DNA of 20,000 nt, from IMG/VR virus record IMGVR_UViG_3300023283_000176. One strand, 5' to 3'. Position numbers and translations under genes: made by a program. Of the stretch, positions 1 through 9,481 are shown piece after piece; the first letter of the stretch is position 1, and each line of letters starts with the position of its first letter. Origin of the DNA: an uncultured virus (IMG/VR IMGVR_UViG_3300023283_000176) (taxonomy: Duplodnaviria > Heunggongvirae > Uroviricota > Caudoviricetes). The notes under the pieces were generated by a model. It ran no database searches. It worked only from the letters and a program-made list of their open reading frames with translations, and was not told where the DNA came from.

Positions 1-3000
1 TTTTAAGTGGTACGTTGAAGCTTAACTGATTGTCTGTTATAGGATCACCCACGTTGATTTTAGTGGCAGGGTCAAAATTACCTGCGTGCCATACGGGGTC
101 AGTGCCTATGTTTACGCCTGCGAATTCCACAATGTCAGATGGACTTATAGATTGGGGTAGGGAAAGAGTGATGTCATCATTAAGTACCGCACCATTAGAT
201 GTAGTAACGCTTACTTGGTTAGCTGTGCCTAAAAGTGAACCACTTTGTACTACCAATGAGTCACTATTCGACACCGTAACATCAGAAGTTGCCCAATTAC
301 TTGAAACAAAACCTTTTTTATTGATAGCTTTAATTCTATATTCAAATACACTGGACGGGTTGTTTATTGTAATACTGTTTAAAATTCTAATAAACTGTGT
401 GCCTTTAACTCTTGCAATAGGTTCATAACCTTGTGAATCTTTGTTTTCTTCGATAATATATTCAGAAATGGGTTGTGTCATAGGTGGGTCCCATTTCAAT
501 TCCACAATTAAATTTCCGCCTTTTGATTCGTTTGATGCCGTGAAATTTGGAACATCCGGGGCAGGGATGATTTCAGTTGTTTTTGATAAACCTTGTAATC
601 GACCAACTCCATAAGCAAAGCGTTGATTTGGGGTGGCAGTAATTGTTATCCCCCTGTTGCTTATGGTGGTTTTAGTTTTATATTCATTGACTTTAATATT
701 GGTTACATCAATTCCTTGAAAAAATGCTCCCGAGAAAAAAGAAAGACGTGCAAAAGAATAACCTGTAGTGTGGCCCATCACTGCCCAACTGGATGGTTGA
801 GTTTCAGACTCTAAATCAATCTCGGAAACCACATCCCAATTGGTCCCGTCAGTAGACATTTCCAATCTGGCTTTTATGTCTGTAACCGGTTGACCAATTG
901 TAGATGTTGTTTCAATATCAAAAGTGATTTCAATAGCCACATCACTGTTCTCAATATTAACAGAATTGCTGTTTGTAATGTGGTTCCCAATCGCAAAAGG
1001 TGGTGGGGTGTGTGTTAACGAAGTGATTGACTTTTCAACAATTAAAGAAGTTGGAGATGTCGGATCAGAAGCATTGTGTTGGAACAATAATGCTTGTGTC
1101 ACACCATCATCTTCATATAATTTAATACTTGGATCAGACGCATTAAACTCCATACCACCTTGAGGGGAAATGCTTTCAAATCTGTCCCCAAAAATCTGAT
1201 AAGAACCAAGTGTTGCATTCAACGCAAACAAATCGTTCACCGTTATCTTATCAGCAGTAATTGAGCCATCAATGACTTGACCTGTTCCAACAACGTTCGT
1301 ACCAAGTCCATCAGCTCCAAGTACCAAGTTACCATCCTGATCAAAGACCTCAAGCCCCCAATCAGTCGTAGCCGTACCAAGTTTACCTATATTGATTCGA
1401 CGCTGTGGTGTGGTCTGTGTGTCGTCGATTTGAATAAGTGACCCGTCTGCATCAATCACCATATTGCCTGCCCCATTTTGTATTCTGCCAGCGGTCAGAA
1501 CACCCATCGAAGCACTTAACGCTGAAAGTTGGGCAACGTTGATTAAATTGGCAGTGATTTCATTAGCTCCAATCTCGTTAGCTGTTATTACTCCCGCACC
1601 TATTTCATTCGCGGTAATCGTGTCAGATGCTATTTCAAGAGCAGTGATGGTCCCTACCCCAATTTCATTGGCTGTAATCGTGTCGCTGGCGATCTCATTC
1701 GCAGTAATCGTATCGGAAGCAATGTAATTAGCCGTTATTTTGTCGGCCCATATTAGTTCTGAGGTAATAGATGAAGTGAAAGCTGTGTTGGCTATAAGGG
1801 TCTCGGTCCATACTGTTGAACTCACAAGTGAATCTATGAACGCGGTGTTGCCAACAATTTGATTAACGTCCAATTCATTTGTTGTAATACTGTCAACAGC
1901 AATTTCATTTGCAGTGATTGTGTCAGACTCTATTTCATTTGCAGTGATTTGATCCGCACCAATATTATTAGTTGTAATTGTGTCAGTAGCAATTTCATTG
2001 GAGGTAATAGTTCCTGCAAAAATTTCATTCGCCGTGATTGTGTCAGTAGCAATTTCATTGGAGGTAATAGTTCCTGCAAAAATTTCATTCGCAGTAATCG
2101 TATCAGATGCTATTTCAAAAGCTGTTATTTGGTCCGCACCGATATTGTTTGCGAGTATTGTTCGAGAAGCAATTTCATTTGCTGTTATCTCACCTGCTCC
2201 AATTTTGGTGGCTATAATAGCACCAGTAGCTATTTTTGGTGTGGTTATGGATGCGTCATTAATTTGGGTCTCAGTTATCTGACCTGTAATGTTCGTCGCT
2301 GAAACATTGGAAGTCCATTCTGACCCCGTGTCCCGATACACTGTATTGTCAGTTGTTAAAAATACAATTCTGCCTACATTACCAGGTGAGGGTAGTGTGT
2401 CCACTCTTTCAATCGGTGCGAGTCCATCTGCGAATTTACTAATATCAATAACTCCTTCACCATCCGTCAGTTTAGTGTCAATGTCTGCCTGTAATGCAGG
2501 TAATTCGACATCATTTAAATCAGCTAAATCTGATTCAAGTGCGGGGATGTCTGTCGTCTCAAGTGTGTCTAAACGAGAATCTAAATCAGGTAATTGAACC
2601 AAATTCAGGTCATCAATGTCTGCCTGTAATGCAGGTAGTTCGACGTCGTTAAGATTACTCAGATCATTTTCTAAAGCAGGTATTTTGATCGTGTTTAATT
2701 CATCAACGTTGGTTTCCAGTGCAGGAACTTTAGTGGTTTCAAGTGTGTCTAAACGAGAATCTAAATCAGGTAATTGAACCAAATTCAGGTCATCAATGTC
2801 TGCTTGTAATGCAGGCAACTGATTATTGTTCAAATCGTCCAAATCAGCTTCAAGGGCAGGTATTTTTACGTTATTTAACTCGTCTAAATCAGCCTGTAAT
2901 GCAGGCAACTTTGTGTTATTAAGTTCGTCAATCGCATCTTGTGCATTGGATAAGTCAAGTGATAATGAATCAATGTCAAGTTCAGAGCCTATTTGAATTG

Positions 3001-3124
3001 CGAGATCCGCAAGTTTTTGTACTTGTACCTCACCCATAGGTGTCCATGTAAAGAACCTATTTGTGTCAGAAACAGAACTAATTATTTGTTCATCAAGTAA
3101 ATCAAAGGACTCTAAAACAGCCAT
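1..3124 (-). CDS. Long tail fibre / host-specificity protein (partial, >1040 aa, runs off the left edge; absent from the ORF track)
   Basis: Manual translation from ATG 3124 (abutting the TAA at 3125-3127) is open to the window edge: MAVLESFDLLDEQ... It contains 15-aa repeats, the motif KFADGLAPIERVDTLP..RIVFLTTDNTVYRDTGSEW..ITGQIT seen in J-like tail proteins, 25 decapeptide ITANEIASDT-type repeats, an FN3-like domain (about 270-565: PAPDVPNF..VELKWDPP..SEYIIE..FEYRIKAINKKG) and the fibre motif VWHAGNFDP (68-94). Confidence 0.88.
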   Translation of the reverse strand, partial: MAVLESFDLLDEQIISSVSDTNRFFTWTPMGEVQVQKLADLAIQIGSELDIDSLSLDLSNAQDAIDELNNTKLPALQADLDELNNVKIPALEADLDDLNNNQLPALQADIDDLNLVQLPDLDSRLDTLETTKVPALETNVDELNTIKIPALENDLSNLNDVELPALQADIDDLNLVQLPDLDSRLDTLETTDIPALESDLADLNDVELPALQADIDTKLTDGEGVIDISKFADGLAPIERVDTLPSPGNVGRIVFLTTDNTVYRDTGSEWTSNVSATNITGQITETQINDASITTPKIATGAIIATKIGAGEITANEIASRTILANNIGADQITAFEIASDTITANEIFAGTITSNEIATDTITANEIFAGTITSNEIATDTITTNNIGADQITANEIESDTITANEIAVDSITTNELDVNQIVGNTAFIDSLVSSTVWTETLIANTAFTSSITSELIWADKITANYIASDTITANEIASDTITANEIGVGTITALEIASDTITANEIGAGVITANEIGANEITANLINVAQLSALSASMGVLTAGRIQNGAGNMVIDADGSLIQIDDTQTTPQRRINIGKLGTATTDWGLEVFDQDGNLVLGADGLGTNVVGTGQVIDGSITADKITVNDLFALNATLGSYQIFGDRFESISPQGGMEFNASDPSIKLYEDDGVTQALLFQHNASDPTSPTSLIVEKSITSLTHTPPPFAIGNHITNSNSVNIENSDVAIEITFDIETTSTIGQPVTDIKARLEMSTDGTNWDVVSEIDLESETQPSSWAVMGHTTGYSFARLSFFSGAFFQGIDVTNIKVNEYKTKTTISNRGITITATPNQRFAYGVGRLQGLSKTTEIIPAPDVPNFTASNESKGGNLIVELKWDPPMTQPISEYIIEENKDSQGYEPIARVKGTQFIRILNSITINNPSSVFEYRIKAINKKGFVSSNWATSDVTVSNSDSLVVQSGSLLGTANQVSVTTSNGAVLNDDITLSLPQSISPSDIVEFAGVNIGTDPVWHAGNFDPATKINVGDPITDNQLSFNVPLK
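1529..2278 (-). repeat. 30-bp / 10-aa tandem coding repeat (ITANEIASDT-like), 25 units in unbroken register
   Basis: Units start every 30 nt from 2278 to 1558; 1977-2032 is identical to 2037-2092. Confidence 0.9.
2459..2953 (-). repeat. 45-bp / 15-aa tandem coding repeat (LPALQADxDDLNxxx), 10 units plus one degenerate unit
   Basis: Units start every 45 nt from 2908 to 2503, with a degenerate unit at 2953; 2559-2635 and 2739-2815 match over 77 nt with one mismatch. Confidence 0.9.
2996..3012 (-). promoter_or_regulatory. Near-palindromic TTGCGG-ATC-TCGCAATT site (intragenic copy of dispersed motif)
   Basis: Minus strand AACTTGCGGATCTCGCAATTC aligns with AACTTGCGAGGTTCGCAATTC at 8182-8202; function inferred. 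Confidence 0.45.
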
Positions 3125-3532
3125 TTATTTTAGTTTAAAAAACTTATCATTTATAGAAAGGAACCCTCTTGAACCAAGTTTGACAAAATAGATTTTTGGG
3201 ATTACTCCAAAATAATTTTCAATCCCCTCTAAAAAATCCTCAGTCACTTTAGTTAACTCGTATGTCATATAAGGGATTTCGGGAGACTCAATGATTGATT
3301 CAAGTACTGACTCTACAGAAACCAATTCAATGTTTTCAGTATTGACAACACCAATTGCTTCAATGTTGTCAGGAGTAACAATAATAAATTCTGTTTTATC
3401 AGAAGGGATTAAAGACTCAAGAATGGATGACATATTAGCCGTGACCGCATTCTCGTTCATAATAGGAGTTGGTGTTATAGATTGAAGTTCAGTCTGAAAA
3501 TTATTTAATGTGTTTAATTCTGAGGATTTCAT
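3125..3532 (-). CDS. Hypothetical protein in tail module (135 aa)
   Basis: ATGA overlap with the upstream gene, TAA abutting the fibre ATG, acidic composition like its neighbours; no recognised motif. Confidence 0.75.
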   Translation of the reverse strand: MKSSELNTLNNFQTELQSITPTPIMNENAVTANMSSILESLIPSDKTEFIIVTPDNIEAIGVVNTENIELVSVESVLESIIESPEIPYMTYELTKVTEDFLEGIENYFGVIPKIYFVKLGSRGFLSINDKFFKLK

Positions 3533-3825
3533 AATTCAAATGGGTCATCCCCAAAGTGCAGTAAAAAATCTCTTGAAACGACAAGTTCGTCAGTGTAAAT
3601 TTTGATGGAATATTCTCCTGTAGGCATGTCCACAGGTGATTCAATGACCATTACTGTTTCTTGATTAGGTGGATTTCCCACAGATGTGACACCAGTTGCA
3701 TCTAAACTATATTCTGTTCCATCATCTGCGAATGCGGAAGCGTGTAGTGTCTGTCCATCAAGATCAAGTTCTGACGTAAATTTGATCGGACGTTTTGTGT
3801 CGCCCTTGAATAATTCAACTGCCAT
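3529..3825 (-). CDS. Small beta-rich virion protein, possibly BppU-N/Ig-like tail adaptor (98 aa)
   Basis: KGDTKRPI..LDLDGQT..PTGEYSIKI resembles the GDT..DLTG.T..G.Y pattern of BppU-N-like domains (recalled, not searched); preceded by AACCTCTAAACCC. Confidence 0.6.
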   Translation of the reverse strand: MAVELFKGDTKRPIKFTSELDLDGQTLHASAFADDGTEYSLDATGVTSVGNPPNQETVMVIESPVDMPTGEYSIKIYTDELVVSRDFLLHFGDDPFEL

Positions 3826-3833
3826 GTTGGGTT

Positions 3834-3846
3834 GGGTTTAGAGGTT
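3834..3846 (-). promoter_or_regulatory. AACCTCTAAACCC start-proximal element
   Basis: Exact 13-mer 8 nt upstream of ATG 3825, overlapping the upstream TAA. Confidence 0.75.
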
Positions 3847-6742
3847 ATCTTCGTTTTACAAGATAATCAAAACCTATGGAACGAAGAAAAAATCCCTCGA
3901 CAACAGAACGAATTTTCCAGAAAAAACTTCGAGAATTATTTGATCTGCCTGTTCCAGGTTTTATACCGATCTTGTAACGACCATTAATTTTAGTTTTCTG
4001 TGTGAGATCAACAATATATGGATTCTCAAAATATTTGGAATCATAATGTAATTCCAAAAGACCAAGGTTTGGGCTTTCAGTGTCTACATATAGTTTACGA
4101 TATCGTTTTAATTGGGTGGGTGCATCTAATGTGTTTGCAGTAGATGTTATTTCGGTAACAAATTGATCTCCGCCAAAATCATTGCCTTGATTATGCAAAT
4201 TGTACTGATCATTCCTGAAAGCCATAAGCTCATCAGCAAAATGTTGGCCTACCACATTACCATACGTATAAGGACCCATCCATTCACCCAATTCAAAAGA
4301 ATATGCATATGTTTTTGCAGTAACACCCTGTGGAATAGGTATGGACACGCTATTTTGATTATCAGTATTATCAAGTCCTTCAAATACTGTCAACCTGTAT
4401 TCTTTGTTACGTGGGTCAATCATTCCAACGCATGTGTCACCAATTTCAATAGAGCCATTGGTTAAATTCTGCATTTGTCCGTCAAACATCCATACATCTC
4501 TTGTATCTGAAAAAATGACCATTTTTTCAAATTCAACAATCGAATTGTATTGAATATGCGGTACAGATTTTAAAATCCATTGTGGGTTATGTAGAAACTG
4601 TGAAGATTTGATAAAAATATCACCAGAATCGTTTTGGGCTAACTGACCACCCGCCTGACTCACAGCCACGGCTCGTTCACAAAATATTAACAATGTGTTA
4701 CGGTGTGAGGCCAGTTTAATTATTTTACCGTATTCAGTGGGCACATCAAGAAATGATGTAAACAAATACTTTCTGGCACCAGATCTATTCGAACCCACGA
4801 CTGTCTTTTCAGACCACACTAACTGGTTAGGGAATTCTTCTTCAAGTAATTTTAAATCTTCTTCAAGTAATAATCTTTCAATTACATTGGATTCGAGCAA
4901 ACGTGGAAATATTAAAGATTCTTCCTGCACATATTCAAATCCTGTGTGTTTAAAACGCCCATTGAAAAGAAAATTCTGTGTAAAAGTAGTTTGGTCATAA
5001 TAACTACCGATGTAAATTAAATTGTCGTTGATGAATTCGTCAGCTTCGGTGGAATCAAAAATAGTGTTTGCTTCAAGACCAACATGTAAATCAAACGTAT
5101 CTTGAAATAATGTCTCACTACCTGGTACGGCGATTTGGTCAATCTCTGAACCTGTTGGGTCAGGAAGTTCAAAATCAACGCCTACCAATTCAAAATTAAA
5201 TCTTGGAGTCAAACCACCGTCTGTACGTATGAACTCGTCTCCACGTAAAATGTCCGGATCGAAATCGAATCTATCGTAATTACCAACTGTGTCCTGATTG
5301 TTGATTCCGCGCCTGTCTATTCGCGAATAAATTGAATCAAAAGGTAAAACCAAATAAATTCTGGATGATGGTGGTATGAGTAAATGTCCGTGATCTGTGG
5401 CTCTTACGTCCGCAGAAAATGAAGTATCAACAACGGAATCAACTGTTTCTTCAAAATCAACAAAATCAGAAGAATCTACCTGTGTACTTAAATTGACCAA
5501 ATTCTTCAATCTGACCTTTACATCCGCTACCCTAACAGCCCGTTCTAATGAATCTGCAAAGGATAATTTGTAAACATATTCATATAAAAAACCATCCGGA
5601 GGGGCATTATGAAATGCGTTATCCTCATGATCATCATCAACAATTATATGAGCGTGTCTGCTATAAGTAAGCGGTTGTTGTTCAACGAAGGATTTTTCCA
5701 AAAAATCAGGCACAAATTCAGATGCCTCTACAGCATCTATAAAATTACCACTGCCTGTATCAGGAATAAAAACATCCACCTCATCAACAATAATGAAATC
5801 ATTTATATTGACGTTCTCAATCCTCTGAAAATCTTCATCACGAATAATATCAAAATATTTTGCGGTCCAATTCCCAGAAGTTGAGTTAAAACCGTAATTA
5901 GCAAAAACTCTTTTAAAAAATTTAAAACCAAGAAAAATCTGTGGCCGATTGTTGAAAAAAGGTAATTCTGTTTGTGAAGAAGCTAATGTTTGTACGTTCT
6001 GATTATTGATTTCAATAGAATTAAAAGGGATGGTTAATTTATCTTCTTCATTGATGTTCGGGTCTTTTTGGACTCTCAAAAACAACGCAACGACTTGAAA
6101 AGAACCATCAAAATCGCCACTCACATCAGGTATAGGATTCAACTTTAAAGTCTTGTCCCTTTCAATATTTTGCAGTTCATTTGAAACTGGCATGTGGAAA
6201 CTATCTTGACCATCAGGAAAAACTACTTTCGCATATAATTGGACTGTTGCATTAGTTGGTAATGTTGGGTTACCTTCTTCCACGGCCACATCAACTGTCT
6301 CGATGTTGAACAAGCGAGGGAAATTTACAGACCTTTCAGGATATACCAAATCACCCCTGATGATACGATCTTCCATCTCTGTTTGAGTTCCGTGTTTTTC
6401 AGTGTAAACGATTTCTAAATCATCAAGGTCGTTGCCTTCAAGTTTGCCGTCGTCTACATATTCAATGAACTTTATCTCTGTACCTAATACCGTTTCTTGG
6501 TTAGGATCGACAGTTTCAATATGTCTGAATGGTGTGTCTCCTTCTTTTCGATATATTTCAACTCGGGCATATTTGACATCCGTTGGTTTTGAATGCAAAT
6601 CCTCAGATACTACAATATCTAAATCCGCTTTTCTCTGGGTCAAATCGGTGCGGATGATTTTTGGTTGAGACACCATACTAACATGCCCATCGACATACTG
6701 GTGTCTATAAACATAATAATATGTTTGATCGGGTTTCAACAT
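3845..6742 (-). CDS. Tail nozzle / muzzle (tail stabilisation) protein, main part (965 aa)
   Basis: Position after the ring genes; C-terminal NQLVWSEK..FLDVPTEYGKIIKL..NTLLIFCERAV and LKRYRKLYVD..RSFFWKI..LRSIGFDY resemble crAss muzzle / P22 gp10-type proteins. Confidence 0.7.
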   Translation of the reverse strand: MLKPDQTYYYVYRHQYVDGHVSMVSQPKIIRTDLTQRKADLDIVVSEDLHSKPTDVKYARVEIYRKEGDTPFRHIETVDPNQETVLGTEIKFIEYVDDGKLEGNDLDDLEIVYTEKHGTQTEMEDRIIRGDLVYPERSVNFPRLFNIETVDVAVEEGNPTLPTNATVQLYAKVVFPDGQDSFHMPVSNELQNIERDKTLKLNPIPDVSGDFDGSFQVVALFLRVQKDPNINEEDKLTIPFNSIEINNQNVQTLASSQTELPFFNNRPQIFLGFKFFKRVFANYGFNSTSGNWTAKYFDIIRDEDFQRIENVNINDFIIVDEVDVFIPDTGSGNFIDAVEASEFVPDFLEKSFVEQQPLTYSRHAHIIVDDDHEDNAFHNAPPDGFLYEYVYKLSFADSLERAVRVADVKVRLKNLVNLSTQVDSSDFVDFEETVDSVVDTSFSADVRATDHGHLLIPPSSRIYLVLPFDSIYSRIDRRGINNQDTVGNYDRFDFDPDILRGDEFIRTDGGLTPRFNFELVGVDFELPDPTGSEIDQIAVPGSETLFQDTFDLHVGLEANTIFDSTEADEFINDNLIYIGSYYDQTTFTQNFLFNGRFKHTGFEYVQEESLIFPRLLESNVIERLLLEEDLKLLEEEFPNQLVWSEKTVVGSNRSGARKYLFTSFLDVPTEYGKIIKLASHRNTLLIFCERAVAVSQAGGQLAQNDSGDIFIKSSQFLHNPQWILKSVPHIQYNSIVEFEKMVIFSDTRDVWMFDGQMQNLTNGSIEIGDTCVGMIDPRNKEYRLTVFEGLDNTDNQNSVSIPIPQGVTAKTYAYSFELGEWMGPYTYGNVVGQHFADELMAFRNDQYNLHNQGNDFGGDQFVTEITSTANTLDAPTQLKRYRKLYVDTESPNLGLLELHYDSKYFENPYIVDLTQKTKINGRYKIGIKPGTGRSNNSRSFFWKIRSVVEGFFLRSIGFDYLVKRR

Positions 6743-7224
6743 TATGCTATGGGTTCACCTGCTTGGATTCGTGGATAATCAGGTACAAAATCATTAAAAA
6801 AGTATTCACCTGATATAAAATTTATCATTTTATTAAATGGAGAAATGAAGATTGTAGTGTGTTGTAATAACATTTCGCCATTATCTAAACCGGGGTTTAC
6901 GCCAAGATCAAACGTTGTGATTAATAATGGGTCGTCATATCTATCAGTTACATCAAAGATCTTGATTTTAGTAGTCCCATCTGTTTTGATATAATAAACC
7001 ATCATATCTTGGTTTGATGAAAAGGTGATATCAAATATACGACTGATATCAATATCATTGAGAATGTCTTTCTCAAGAAACCCCTCAATACGAGCCACAC
7101 TCATCGTATTCCCTCTGTCAGATATACGAGCATTCTTTAAACCAAAAATACGATTTGGTTCTGCTTTGTAAGGATCAATTCGTTCATTGATCCCTTTTTG
7201 AAATCTAAGCGTTTCTTGTCTCAT
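6742..7224 (-). CDS. Probable N-terminal portion of nozzle/muzzle protein encoded as a separate ORF (160 aa)
   Basis: FQKGINERIDP..PN....KNARI resembles nozzle/stabilisation-protein N-termini; TAATG-coupled to both neighbours. Confidence 0.6.
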   Translation of the reverse strand: MRQETLRFQKGINERIDPYKAEPNRIFGLKNARISDRGNTMSVARIEGFLEKDILNDIDISRIFDITFSSNQDMMVYYIKTDGTTKIKIFDVTDRYDDPLLITTFDLGVNPGLDNGEMLLQHTTIFISPFNKMINFISGEYFFNDFVPDYPRIQAGEPIA

Positions 7225-7967
7225 TATAAGCTCTTATTGCGTGGGGTTTTGCTAATATATCGGATGCGTTTATTTTCGCGTTTCTGTTTGTATCTCTGTG
7301 TACCAAAATGACGTGGTTTTAATCTGACATGGGGACGATTTTTTGTTCCTCTCCATTTTCTTGAAACATCATGAGCTTCTTCGCTGGCCTCTAATGGGTC
7401 GCCTATACCAAGTATCCTTTCTACCTCAGTAATGATCGCATTCCAATAAGTGTCATCCAAATTGCGGATGTATGTTTCAGTCGGTTTGAAATAATATTCA
7501 ACAAAAATTAAATCATTTACTTCTTTAGGAAACGGGGCGATCACCAATACGTTTTTAAAATCATCTTCGTTTGTAAGATTTAACCGTGGTGTAGAATACA
7601 ACGGTTTGTTCTTCATTTTAGCAATGCGTTCGATATTGAAATGATTGTCCCAAAATTCCAGGTCGAGTTTTCGTTCATTCACTCGAATATCGTCCAATTC
7701 AGAATAATCGTCCGGCAACATGAAATAAGAAAATAAATGTTCACCATTACGATTAATATATTTTTTCCCATCTTCTGGTAAATACTGTACTGTCTTTGGG
7801 GGGATGACCGACCGATTTTGTAACTTAATGATGGCTCTCTTAACATTGAAAGGGATACTATTTAGAATGTCCTCTCTATTTGTTTTCACAACCTGATCAT
7901 CAACCACTCTCTCTTGTGGTATTTTAGTTTTGATGGCTGTACGTACTACTTCATAAATATTACTCAT
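7224..7967 (-). CDS. Putative tail ring / adaptor protein with basic C-terminal tail (247 aa)
   Basis: ATG 7967 overlaps the upstream stop (ATGAGTAA) and is preferred over GTG 7973; YFMLPDDY..VIAPFP..VEYYFKP pattern of tail tubular/adaptor proteins. Confidence 0.65.
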   Translation of the reverse strand: MSNIYEVVRTAIKTKIPQERVVDDQVVKTNREDILNSIPFNVKRAIIKLQNRSVIPPKTVQYLPEDGKKYINRNGEHLFSYFMLPDDYSELDDIRVNERKLDLEFWDNHFNIERIAKMKNKPLYSTPRLNLTNEDDFKNVLVIAPFPKEVNDLIFVEYYFKPTETYIRNLDDTYWNAIITEVERILGIGDPLEASEEAHDVSRKWRGTKNRPHVRLKPRHFGTQRYKQKRENKRIRYISKTPRNKSL

Positions 7968-8823
7968 CGTCACTCACCTGTTGCGGTTGTGGGGTTGTTA
8001 GTTTACGTAATATGGAATTAACTACCTGTTCACGAGTTTGAAGAATGACAGAAGTACTTAATGGGATTTTTTCTTCTGGTTTTTCGATTTTTACCCAATC
8101 CGGAATGTACCAAATATGGAAAAAACCTATATCATTAGATATGTATAAATCACCACTGTTCTCACTAAATGTATAATGTGAAACTTGCGAGGTTCGCAAT
8201 TCTCGAAATGGTAAATAATAAGGCTCAACCAAAGCGTCGCCAACAAACATCCAATAATGCTGTTCAAGATTAGATAAATCATTAGTGAAATCCACACTGG
8301 CTTCAAAATTCTGTGTAGCCCTGTAATATTTTCCATTTTGTACTACATAAACCAATTGCCCAGTCTCAATTTGTTCACCCGTTACCAAATAAGTGACCTC
8401 ATCAGAAAGGAATGTCAGTGATTTTGAAGCAACATTTTGTACGTCATTCACTGCGACATACAATTTATCATTTATGCGGGCAAGTGTGTCTTTTGAAAAT
8501 GTTTGTGGTGTGTCTTTGATCTTATTATTGGTAACATAACCAATGGCACGAATAATGGATTGATGTGGATCAAGATCATTTTCGGGTGGTGGGTCCAACT
8601 TAACCTTTTTAAATTGGGTACTGATCGCCGAAGGGTTGGGTAAATTAAATGTTTTTTCAATCGCATATCGCTCATCATTGCCTTGTTTAATGTCCTGACT
8701 TCGTGCAATTGGAGCGAACAGATTGAACTCTCTGATTATATCCTCAGTAAAAATTTCGCTTCTGCTTAACCCTTGTGTGGTTAACATTGTAGTTACCAAC
8801 TCGGTAAAATCTTTTAATGTCAT
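7960..8823 (-). CDS. Putative tail ring / adaptor protein with inserted CBM-like modules (287 aa)
   Basis: TAATG-coupled; helical N-terminus and C-terminal LYI..IWYIP..IPLS as in adjacent adaptors; central beta-rich insert. Confidence 0.6.
   Translation of the reverse strand: MTLKDFTELVTTMLTTQGLSRSEIFTEDIIREFNLFAPIARSQDIKQGNDERYAIEKTFNLPNPSAISTQFKKVKLDPPPENDLDPHQSIIRAIGYVTNNKIKDTPQTFSKDTLARINDKLYVAVNDVQNVASKSLTFLSDEVTYLVTGEQIETGQLVYVVQNGKYYRATQNFEASVDFTNDLSNLEQHYWMFVGDALVEPYYLPFRELRTSQVSHYTFSENSGDLYISNDIGFFHIWYIPDWVKIEKPEEKIPLSTSVILQTREQVVNSILRKLTTPQPQQVSDDE
8185..8204 (+). promoter_or_regulatory. Palindromic TTGCGA-GGT-TCGCAATTCTC site (intragenic)
   Basis: 20 nt identical to 12680-12699; function inferred. 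Confidence 0.55.
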
Positions 8824-9479
8824 TATAGTCCATTGTCTCTGATTTCACTTAAAAAACTATTTTCATAAGCACCGGCTAAATCGCCATTTTGATCTTTCAG
8901 TGCCATTTTCTTACAAGAAGCGTATATGACGGCCCTTTCCAGGTGTTTTGGTAAATCTGGTAAATCTGTATCAGTGTCAGTTATTGGTGTCGGTTTGACA
9001 ATATAATAGAGACGTACCTGATCTTCATTTGTAGAAATCTCTTTACCAAAAATCTGCATTGTTTTTTGTTGACTATTTGAAGCAATGTGGTAAAAATATT
9101 CCATCCAATTAGGTATTGCGGTCCCAAGATCAATCAAAATAAGTTGTTTGCTTTTAAGCTCCCTGAGCGTGATGGTCTCAGAACGTGAAACGTCAATAAA
9201 GGCTGAATGAACAATATCTAAAATAGTGTCGGGTAAATCTATTTCAGTGACTTGATTACCATTTTCTTCTACAACTGGTTCAACAACATCAATTACGTTC
9301 CTTAAACGTAAATCATCTAAGGAACGTAATGTGACATCAGTGTCTCTTTCCATTTGTGCCAATACAGACACAGTACGAGAATACCCACCATTTAAAAATT
9401 CGATAACGTCATCAGGAGAAAAGAATTCATCTTCTTGATCCCCGTATGTAGATATGACTTTTTCGACGAGTGTTCTCAT
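8823..9479 (-). CDS. Head-tail adaptor / tail tubular ring protein (218 aa)
   Basis: FSPDDVIEFLNGG N-terminal helix, IDLPDTI, LYYIVKPT..DLPKHLERAVIYA..A.AYENSF pattern of podovirus adaptor rings; position after the capsid gene. Confidence 0.72.
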   Translation of the reverse strand: MRTLVEKVISTYGDQEDEFFSPDDVIEFLNGGYSRTVSVLAQMERDTDVTLRSLDDLRLRNVIDVVEPVVEENGNQVTEIDLPDTILDIVHSAFIDVSRSETITLRELKSKQLILIDLGTAIPNWMEYFYHIASNSQQKTMQIFGKEISTNEDQVRLYYIVKPTPITDTDTDLPDLPKHLERAVIYASCKKMALKDQNGDLAGAYENSFLSEIRDNGL

Positions 9480-9481
9480 AT

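Noticed and set aside
30..2597. Plus-strand ORFs of 63-147 aa, including repetitive AISFAVIVS ORFs
   Set aside because: Antisense shadows of the continuous minus-strand fibre gene and its repeats.
1529..2953. CRISPR array or DGR template/variable repeat in the fibre repeats
   Set aside because: Repeats are codon-aligned and contiguous with no spacers; the duplicated copies differ by at most one base, and no reverse transcriptase or cas operon is in the window.
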